Positions 21,022 through 31,700 of a stretch of 64,000 bases of DNA are shown here, in pieces. Source of the DNA: Auanema rhodensis (taxonomy: Eukaryota > Animalia > Nematoda); contig OZ059896.1 of NCBI GenBank assembly GCA_964057225.1, positions 15,066,001 through 15,130,000 on the forward strand, in the 5' to 3' direction. Below the pieces are notes generated by a model that saw only the letters and a list, made by a program, of their open reading frames with translations, was not told the origin of the DNA and ran no database searches. The position numbers and the translations under genes were made by a program. Position 1 is the stretch's first letter. Every line of letters starts with the position of its first letter.

Positions 21022-21338
21022 GTCGTACGGTCTGAGCACGGTAATCACTTATTTGATAGAACGGGTTTGACCTTACTCTTTGTGTCACCGTACCTAGACA
21101 AACCAAGAAGTGATTGGCTTCGAATTGCAATTTTCAAGCTGAAAACTCAAGATCATAACTCTTATAATTGAGCACATTCTTAACTAAAAACCAATTCAAA
21201 GCTAACTCTGGAGTTAAAAGAAAAAAAAAAGCAGCTACCGAAAGGTTAATTTTAATGTTCTTATCTTAATTTAACCTCACACCTTCCTTGTAACCTGTGG
21301 TCAGTTGTGTTGAATAAACTTAAACTTAAACTTAAACT

Positions 21339-24300
21339 ACTATAATCTATATTGAAAATCGAAAAAAGAAAAGAAACTCCGTCGAGCCTAACTTCTACAA
21401 TCCTCCGCTCTACCAACTGAGCTATCGACGGAACGAAGCTGTTGTTTTCAGAGGTTATTGTCAATAACTGCTATAATCAATATTTTAAATGGAACAAAAA
21501 GAAAAGAAACTCCGTTGAGCCGGATTCGAACCAGCGACCTAAGGATATCTACACTTCTACAGTCCTCCGCTCTACCAACTGAGCTATCGACGGAACGAAT
21601 CTGTTGTTTTCCGAAGTGATTGTCAATAACTATTATAATCAATACTGAAAAAAAAAAAAGAAAAGAAACTCCGTCGAGCCGGATTCGAACCAGCGACCTA
21701 AGGATATCTACACTTCTACAGTCCTCCGCTCTACCAACTGAGCTATCGACGGAACGAATCTGTTGTTTTCAGAGGTTATTGTCAATAACTGATATCTACA
21801 CTTCTACAGTCCTCCGCTCTACCAACTGAGCTATCGACGGAACGAATCTGTTGTTTTCCAAAGTGATTGTCAATAACTACTATAATCTATATTGAAAATC
21901 GAAAAAAGAAAAGAAACTCCGTCGAGCCTAACTTCTACAATCCTCCGCTCTACCAACTGAGCTATCGACGGAACGAAGCTGTTGTTTTCAGAGGTTATTG
22001 TCAATAACTGCTATAATCAATATTTTAAATGGAACAAAAAGAAAAGAAACTCCGTCGAGCCGGATTCGAACCAGCGACCTAAGGATATCTCCACTTCTAC
22101 AGTCCTCCGCTCTACCAACTGAGCTATCGACGGAACGAATCTGTTGTTTTCAGAGGTTATTGTCAATAACTGATATCTACACTTCTACAGTCCTCCGCTC
22201 TACCAACTGAGCTATCGACGGAACGAATCTGTTGTTTTCCAAAGTGATTGTCAATAACTACTATAATCTATATTGAAAATCGAAAAAAGAAAAGAAACTC
22301 CGTCGAGCCTAACTTCTACAATCCTCCGCTCTACCAACTGAGCTATCGACGGAACGAAGCTGTTGTTTTCAGAGGTTATTGTCAATAACTGCTATAATCA
22401 ATATTTTAAATGGAACAAAAAGAAAAGAAACTCCGTTGAGCCGGATTCGAACCAGCGACCTAAGGATATCTACACTTCTACAGTCCTCCGCTCTACCAAC
22501 TGAGCTATCGACGGAACGAATCTGTTGTTTTCAGAGGTTATTGTAAATAACTGCTATAATCAATATTTTAAATGGAACAAAAAGAAAAGAAACTCCGTTG
22601 AGCCGGATTCGAACCAGCGACCTAAGGATATCTACACTTCTACAGTCCTCCGCTCTACCAACTGAGCTATCGACGGAACGAATCTGTTGTTTTCCGAAGT
22701 GATTGTCAATAACTACTATAATCTATATTGAAAATCGAAAAAAAAGAAGAAACTCCGTCGAGCCTAACTTCTACAATCCTCCGCTCTACCAACTGAGCTA
22801 TCGACGGAACGAATCTGTTATTTTCAGAGGTTATTGTCAATAACTGCTATAGTCAATATTTTAAATGGAAGAAAAAGAAAAGAAACTCCGTCGAGCCGGA
22901 TTCGAACCAGCGACCTAAGGATATCTACACTTCTACAGTCCTCCGCTCTACCAACTGAGCTATCGACGGAACGAATCTGTTGTTTTCAGAGGTTATTGTC
23001 AATAACTGATATCTACACTTCTACAGTCCTCCGCTCTACCAACTGAGCTATCGACGGAACGAATCTGTTGTTTTCCGAAGTGATTGTCAATAACTACTAT
23101 AATCTATATTGAAAATCGAAAAAAGAGAAGAAACTCCGTCGAGCCTAACTTCTACAATCCTCCGCTCTACCAACTGAGCTATCGACGGAATGAATCTGTT
23201 ATTTTCAGAGGTTATTGTCAATAACTGCTATAGTCAATATTTTAAATGGGAGAAAAAGAAAAGAAACTCCGTCGAGCCGGATTCGAACCAGCGACCTAAG
23301 GATATCTACACTTCTACAGTCCTCCGCTCTACCAACTGAGCTATCGACGGAACGAATCTGTTGTTTTCAGAGGTTATTGTCAATAACTGATATCTACACT
23401 TCTACAGTCCTCCGCTCTACCAACTGAGCTATCGACGGAACGAATCTGTTATTTTCAGAGGTTATTGTCAATAACTGCTATAATCAATATTTTAAATGGA
23501 ACAAAAAGAAAAGAAACTCCGTTGAGCCGGATTCGAACCAGCGACCTAAGGATATCTACACTTCTACAGTCCTCCGCTCTACCAACTGAGCTATCGACGG
23601 AACGAATCTGTTGTTTTCCGAAGTGATTGTCAATAACTATTATAATCAATACTGAAAAAAAAAAAAGAAAAGAAACTCCGTCGAGCCGGACTCGAACCAG
23701 CGACCTAAGGATATCTACACTTCTACAGTCCTCCGCTCTACCAACTGAGCTATCGACGGAACGAATCTGTTGTTTTCAGAGGTTATTGTCAATAACTGAT
23801 ATCTACACTTCTACAGTCCTCCGCTCTACCAACTGAGCTATCGACGGAACGAATCTGTTGTTTTCCAAAGTGATTGTCAATAACTACTATAATCTATATT
23901 GAAAATCGAAAAAAGAAAAGAAACTCCGTCGAGCCTAACTTCTACAATCCTCCGCTCTACCAACTGAGCTATCGACGGAACGAAGCTGTTGTTTTCAGAG
24001 GTTATTGTCAATAACTGCTATAATCAATATTTTAAATGGAACAAAAAGAAAAGAAACTCCGTCGAGCCGGATTCGAACCAGCGACCTAAGGATATCTCCA
24101 CTTCTACAGTCCTCCGCTCTACCAACTGAGCTATCGACGGAACGAATCTGTTGTTTTCAGAGGTTATTGTCAATAACTGATATCTACACTTCTACAGTCC
24201 TCCGCTCTACCAACTGAGCTATCGACGGAACGAATCTGTTGTTTTCCAAAGTGATTGTCAATAACTACTATAATCTATATTGAAAATCGAAAAAAGAAAA

Positions 24301-26613
24301 GAAACTCCGTCGAGCCTAACTTCTACAATCCTCCGCTCTACCAACTGAGCTATCGACGGAACGAAGCTGTTGTTTTCAGAGGTTATTGTCAATAACTGCT
24401 ATAATCAATATTTTAAATGGAACAAAAAGAAAAGAAACTCCGTTGAGCCGGATTCGAACCAGCGACCTAAGGATATCTACACTTCTACAGTCCTCCGCTC
24501 TACCAACTGAGCTATCGACGGAACGAATCTGTTGTTTTCAGAGGTTATTGTAAATAACTGCTATAATCAATATTTTAAATGGAACAAAAAGAAAAGAAAC
24601 TCCGTTGAGCCGGATTCGAACCAGCGACCTAAGGATATCTACACTTCTACAGTCCTCCGCTCTACCAACTGAGCTATCGACGGAACGAATCTGTTGTTTT
24701 CAGAGGTTATTGTCAAGAACTGCTATAATCAATATTTTAAATGGAAGAAAAAGAAAAGAAACTCCGTCGAGCCGGATTCGAACCAGCGACCTAAGGATAT
24801 CTACACTTCTACAGTCCTCCGCTCTACCAACTGAGCTATCGACGGAACGAATCTGTTGTTTTCAGAGGTTATTGTCAATAACTGCTATAATCAATATTTT
24901 AAATGGAAGAAAAAGAAAAGAAACTCCGTCGAGACGGATTGGAATCAGCGACCTAAGGATATCTATACTTCTACAGTCCTCCGCTCTACCAACTGAGCTA
25001 TCGACGGAACGAATCTGTTGTTTTCAGAGGTTATTGTCAAGAACTGCTATAATCAATATTTTAAATGGAAGAAAAAGAAAAGAAACTCCGTCGAGCCGGA
25101 TTCGAACCAGCGACCTAAGGATATCTACACTTCTACAGTCCTCCGCTCTACCAACTGAGCTATCGACGGAACGAATCTGTTGTTTTCAGAGGTTATTGTC
25201 AATAACTGCTATAATCAATATTTTAAATGGAAGAAAAAGAAAAGAAACTCCGTCGAGCCGGATTCGAACCAGCGACCTAAGGATATCTACACTTCTACAG
25301 TCCTCCGCTCTACCAACTGAGCTATCGACGGAACGAATCTGTTGTTTTCAGAGGTTATTGTCAATAACTGCTATAATCAATATTTTAAATGGAAGAAAAA
25401 GAAAAGAAACTCCGTCGAGCCGGATTCGAACCAGCGACCTAAGGATATCTACACTTCTACAGTCCTCCGCTCTACCAACTGAGCTATCGACGGAACGAAT
25501 CTGTTGTTTTCAGAGGTTATTGTCAAGAACTGCTATAATCAATATTTTAAATGGAAGAAAAAGAAAAGAAACTCCGTCGAGCCGGATTCGAACCAGCGAC
25601 CTAAGGATATCTACACTTCTACAGTCCTCCGCTCTACCAACTGAGCTATCGACGGAACGAATCTGTTGTTTTCAGAGGTTATTGTCAATAACTGCTATAA
25701 TCAATATTTTAAATGGAAGAAAAAGAAAAGAAACTCCGTCGAGCCGGATTCGAACCAGCGACCTAAGGATATCTACACTTCTACAGTCCTCCGCTCTACC
25801 AACTGAGCTATCGACGGAACGAATCTGTTGTTTTCAGAGGTTATTGTCAATAACTGCTATAATCAATATTTTAAATGGAAGAAAAAGAAAAGAAACTCCG
25901 TCGAGCCGGATTCGAACCAGCGACCTAAGGATATCTACACTTCTACAGTCCTCCGCTCTACCAACTGAGCTATCGACGGAACGAATCTGTTGTTTTCAGA
26001 GGTTATTGTCAATAACTGCTATAATCAATATTTTAAATGGAAGAAAAAGAAAAGAAACTCCGTCGAGCCGGATTCGAACCAGCGACCTAAGGATATCTAC
26101 ACTTCTACAGTCTTCCGCTCTACCAACTGAGCTATCGACGGAACGAATCTGTTGTTTTCAGAGGTTATTGTCAATAACTGCTATAATCAATATTTTAAAT
26201 GGAAGAAAAAGAAAAGAAACTCCGTCGACCCGGATTCGAACCAGCGACCTAAGGATATCTACACTTCTACAGTCCTCCGCTCTACCAACTGAGCTATCGA
26301 CGGAACGAATCTGTTGTTTTCAGAGGTTATTGTCAAGAACTGCTATAATCAATATTTTAAATGGAAGAAAAAGAAAAGAAACTCCGTCGAGCCGGATTCG
26401 AACCAGCGACCTAAGGATATCTACACTTCTACAGTCCTCCGCTCTACCAACTGAGCTATCGACGGAACGAATCTGTTGTTTTCAGAGGTTATTGTCAATA
26501 ACTGCTATAATCAATATTTTAAATGGAAGAAAAAGAAAAGAAACTCCGTCGAGCCGGATTCGAACCAGCGACCTAAGGATATCTACACTTCTACAGTCCT
26601 CCGCTCTACCAAC
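21339..26613 (-). tRNA. tRNA-Tyr(GTA) tandem array, block A (irregular mix of intact and deleted units to ~24600, then regular 162-bp units)
   Basis: Minus-strand CCGTCGATAGCTCAGTTGGTAGAGCGGAGGACTGTAG-[AAGTGTAGAT]-ATCCTTAGGTCGCTGGTTCGAATCCGGCTCGACGGA followed by a T-rich Pol III terminator. Confidence 0.95.
24763..24845 (-). tRNA. Representative intact tRNA-Tyr(GTA), 83 nt including a 10-nt intron
   Basis: Acceptor stem CCGTCGA/TCGACGG, A box TAGCTCAGTTGG, anticodon GTA, intron at canonical 37/38 position, B box GGTTCGAATCC, downstream GTTTCTTTTCTTTTT. Confidence 0.96.
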
Positions 26614-26958
26614 CGTTCCATTCGGACTCCCCATATATGTAGCTGAAGGGTTAGAGCCAGACGACCAGAGGACCGAGGAATGGCTCCGCCTTCCCTCGTT
26701 CCCTTGGTCGGGAGTTCGCCTCTTAGCAAGCTCATGGACGGCTTGTAGTTTAGTCTTTATACTTATATTTATCTTATTGTAATGTATCTTTATCTTTGTA
26801 TATTATTGTTGTAGTTTCATGCCAATAAATCTTTCTCTCTTTTATCTTATGATTGACCTTATGCTCTTTATTCCTTACCGCTACACCAAGGAATACTATG
26901 CGCGTCATAGTATAAACTACAATGGTTTATATTATCGACGCAGGAGCATAACGGAACG
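26614..26958 (+). repeat. 5' LTR of element 2 (CGTTCC...GGAACG)
   Basis: Direct repeat of 38351-38695; 6-bp perfect terminal inverted repeat; contains AATAAA. Confidence 0.95.
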
Positions 26959-26971
26959 TGGAGGTTCCACC
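26959..26971 (+). promoter_or_regulatory. Primer-binding site, tRNA-Gln
   Basis: TGGAGGTTCCACC directly abutting the LTR. Confidence 0.85.
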
Positions 26972-28720
26972 TCGAACTCATCTTTTGGAAAAAAAAAAAA
27001 AAAATTTTCTTTTATTGTAAAAGTCCATTTTTGCATTCTAAATTATAAATTCCTCCACTTGAAACAACAAAATGAAGGCGCCAATTTGTTTCAAGGTACA
27101 GATACAAGGGATCTCGCTTAAATGCGAGATAGGACCCATAAAATTTTTGCCCGCCGTCCTCAATTTAAAACCGTCTGAATGTCCACCCTTTTCTATATCG
27201 TATCTTGTACCGCTTCTCATGCCATTTTGAGGACGTTTGGATTGAAATAGAGGACACTTTCGCCAAACGAGAAATTATATTTGTTCACATTTTTTTTTGG
27301 GCATAAAGAAGTTTGATTATTGGAACAAAAAGTTATAAGACGCGCGCAATTGATTATAGTTTGTATATTTTGTGGTCAGGACTAGAATTTTGAAAAATTA
27401 TTATATTCAGACGTAAAAGATCATTTTACATATTATTTTGCGGGAAACCAAAAACGGTTACATAAATTGAATATAAAAAGAGACCACACTAGTCCGAAAA
27501 AGCCTGGTAAATCTGCAATAAGACTTCTCAGCTCTTATTTGACAGTCAGGTCAAGTTGGCGGAAACATAACTGCTACGGATTTTATCCCCGTAGATTATG
27601 TCACCTTCCTCAAATCATTTCGTTGTTTCAACTCATAAGATACCCCTTATTTCCTACAGTAATCCTAAGTAAATTGGAAATGTTTAAAAATAGACGTATT
27701 TTTCTCATTTTTAAAAAGAAATTCGCTTAGGAAAACGCACTTTTGCTTATTTTGATCAAGAAAAAGGACAGCCTTTTCAATAACTCTCCTCAAACCTCAT
27801 TAGCATGCACAATGTCGAAAACATTTTGAGCAAAACATGCTATTTAAGGGAAAAGGAATGAGGAAAAGATTGAAAACATAAGTCCGTTTTCTTGACGAAA
27901 ACAGAGCAAAGTGCACAAAAATAAAAACACAGAGTACAAACTTTATTCAGTCAATACCCATATTTGATTTGCAACCGAGTTCGAAACTCAGAGGCAAGAA
28001 ACATAGGAGTTTCGCTCGCAATTAAATCTTCACTATATTCTAAACCTCGCGAAGCCCTAAGTTCCAAACCAAATAATGAGTCATCATAAACAATATAGAT
28101 TTTAAACAATAATCTATATAATAAATAATAATAAAAATGACTCTTTTCCTGGTACCAGGCCCAAGGACGTGCGGTTAATAAACCGGCCCTACCATTATAT
28201 ACATGAGCGCATAGATCAACTAAGCACCTTCGACCAACAAGCTCCACTTCGGGAGCTACATCTACGAAGGTGGCAAAGTTTATATGGCCCTGCCCCAAAT
28301 AATACATTTGGAGATCTTCGATAAACTAAAGTAATCAAATAATCAAACATAAAATGGAGATACACAAACCATCAAAATTATATCAGGATGTGGCCTATAA
28401 GCCAAAACTCCTTCTCCATCGTATTCAACGATGGATTCGTATAATTTCCACAGGACATAAGTCATGCCAGTGGGATTATAACGTTGGAAATCCATTTTTT
28501 TTTTTCTTTCTTTTCTTTTCTTTTGTTTCTAACCTTAAAATAAATGTCCAAAGGCCGCAAAAGTACAAAGGGGACGACATGAATAAAGTTTTTTTTTGAA
28601 GATTCTAGAGCAGTAAGAAAACAAATTTAGAGGAAAGTGCAAGAGCGGATAAAAATAGTTTTTGAGAAGAGATAAACATCATTAACTATAATAAGCTTAC
28701 GGTAGATAGGCGGAGTCAGA

Positions 28721-31700
28721 TTGGTGGCCACGATTTGGAAAACTCCCTCTCATTTACCCTCCGCATCGCCCAGCGAAGCACGACTATCCTATTGCTCCCG
28801 AATCTCTCTCTCTCCCAACACACATCTAAAAGAATCTTACGCACCTTACATCAACATCCCACACGTAGCTCACCATTCTCGGTTTTTCCAAACCAAAAGT
28901 CCTACAAAGGTGGCCAAAAGATTTTCATCGGCTTTCCCAGCCCTTTACCCGTCCGATACCAACAGTGACGCTACTGTCGCAAGTCGTACCCGAAGCCGCA
29001 CCCGACTTCTCAGTGTTCAAATAGAAGAACCGCACCAACCAGACGAGAAGCCGAAGCCGCAAGTCGACAAGTTCTATACTCCCCGAGAAGGTACATATTC
29101 ACCTTCTGACGACACCGACGAAGACCCGGACTTCATCATAGCCGACGACAGCACTCAAACTCCAACTACAAATCCCAAGGTACGCTCAGTTGATACTAAT
29201 AAAAATTTGCGAAAAATTCAAAAGAAAAAGCCGACAACCGCATCTGCCTCACCGGTAACCTCAGACCCAAACGCGTCGAACTTATCAGTTATCACTGATA
29301 ACGCACCTTCCCCATCCTTCGGGTTAACACAAAGCCCGCAAGCGTCTTCCACGCCTATTAATCAACCACATTCGCTAACTTTAGAACCCACCCAACCTAG
29401 TGACAACCCTTCAACCTTATCAAAAATCACTGATAAGATCAAAAAGAATATCCCTAATAAGCGGAAGACAAAAACACCCAGTAAGCGCGCAACAGAAACT
29501 CTGTCAGCAGAAGCCAGCCTCGAAGGCATACAAGAAGCTTCACCCTTATCATTAACAACTGATAAGTTTAAAAACAAAAGATCTTTAACAAATCGACTGA
29601 TAAAGATTTTAAACTTATCCCCAGGCGATAACACAACACCCAGCGGAACAGCAAAACCCCGGTTTTCTTCACATAATCCTAATCTTAACAGATCAGATAG
29701 TGCGATCCCTAGCTCACGATCAACTGATAGAACATCGCCTCAGGCATCTGGTAAAGTCATCCAGGTTCCAAGAGCCCGTTTCGCAACAACTACACCTATA
29801 ATAGGCTCCTCTAGCAGAAACCCTAAGGCAATAGAACACACTCATCAAGATCCAACAAGGAGCGAAGTGATAATATCACCTATCACATACCCTGAGGGCA
29901 TCTCATCCGAAATGACCGAAACATCACGGCTTCCAGGAGCGGGTAAATCTACCATTGCTCAGGCATTAAGCTCCCCATATTGCCCTATATACGACGGAAG
30001 TCGCAACTTTAGAGACTTCGTGGCCAAGTTTAACACCTTTGCAAACGCCTTAGGCTTAGTTATGCCCGAAAGATTAACAATCTTACCATTACTTCTCAAA
30101 AACGAACGAGCTGAAGAAGCTTATACACAGCTTAGCGATACTATCAAGACATCTGGCTCGTGGAATACTCTCATCGAAGAACTTACCTCTAGGCTATGCC
30201 CAGAGTATAATCAAGATCCGGCGCTGATAACGCTACAGAATTCCACCCAAGGCGAGCTATCAGTGGATGGATTCGCACAAACTTTACGAAGCCTAAGCTT
30301 AAACGCTTTCTCCCATACAGACCCACACAAGGACCATATCCTTAGATCCACCTTTCTACGCGGTCTCAAAAACACAATACGCCCGGGGGTAATCAGAGCT
30401 AAACCAAAAACGTTTGCCGAGGCAATTGATAATGCCAGATGGGAGGAATCAATTGCTAACCAAGTATCCGACCCTCAGGCGCTACTGGTTAACGCAATCG
30501 ATAGAACATTCCCTCCCAGGCGCGACACCGGAAGGCGAGGAATCGGTAGAGGCTATCAATCATTTAACAATAGAAACTACCAAAATTATCAAAATTATCA
30601 AAGTTATCAAAATTCATCAAATAATCAGAAACCACAAAATCTGCAAAATTCTTTCGCAAGAAACCGCAATCTTGGTAATCGCGGTAGAAATTTCTCAAAT
30701 CCAAATTGGTATCAAAGAAATAACAACTTATCACGTAATCAGGAGAGTGATAACCGTCAACGCGGTAATAATCCCTTCAGGGGAAACAACAATAATAGAG
30801 GTAGAGGAAGAGGCTCAAGAGTCAATAATTTGACCTTGATATCCCCCTTAACACTAGCAGTAGCTTTATCAGTGATCTTATCACTAATCACTATAACTGA
30901 TGCTTATCAGATGTGCACTAAAGCTACAGGTGGAGCCCTCCTTATACCCCCACCCCTGAGGAAATGCACAATACCACCTACCAAACATGTCCTCCGCACA
31001 AACATACATCTGTATACAAGAAACCAGACGGCTCACGAATGGGATTCATGGCGATGTTCAAAAGAAATACATAAAATATGCATCAGGGATTTGCTATTTT
31101 TAAGAGATCATAACTCCTCCATTGTTCGAATTGAGCCAACAACAGAAAACGAATGTAGACTGGCTGTCCGCGACCGTAAATGGAAATCAGAAGACCTGAT
31201 TAAATTGGATAGCTTGACATACGCGACAACCGAACCTACATTCTCTCCAGCGCGCTCATTCAATTACGAACAATGCGAAGAAAAAGAACGACTGGTTTTG
31301 GAAAGAGGCGTTATGACCAGGATGCCAGACGACACCATATTGACAAATCTATTACTCAATACGGAAGGCTGTCTTGCACATCATGGCCAATGCGCATCCA
31401 ATACTTCAATGATCATCTGGGAAATCCAATCATACGAACAGAGATGCAACTATATAGACATGAGCGAATATGATGCCATCATTGGAGACAGCATAATACT
31501 GATTCCCAATACGCAGTCAGCCCTTGTTATCGACAATAAACAAATTCCAAAACAGATTACATCATGTTTTCCGCAACCTATATTTCAATCAACCACGGGC
31601 AATTATATACTTTTTCCAAAATATCCAAATGACAGTAATATACACAACTTAATTGAAAGAGAATATAAAAAGTTGCCAGCTAAGCGTCAAAAAAGGGCTA

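Larger units (their letters stand above)
10457..21334 (+). mobile_element. 5'-truncated CR1-like non-LTR retrotransposon (~750 bp; pieces 10457-10892 and 21026-21334), split by LTR element 1
   Basis: Frame 10458-10748 encodes LFTRRKTTDLCQYFKIV...RQHDFLI...SSFEYRRIKDWNQL...SNFRSCI, a CR1/L2-type ORF2 C-terminus; 3' end is a (TAAACT)n tail; flanks rejoin as the array spacer CAATAACT|ACTATAATC (AACT on both sides). Confidence 0.78.

Noticed and set aside
21311-21338. (TAAACT)n as a telomeric repeat
   Set aside because: Only about four copies, not the nematode TTAGGC repeat, and positioned as a LINE 3' tail.
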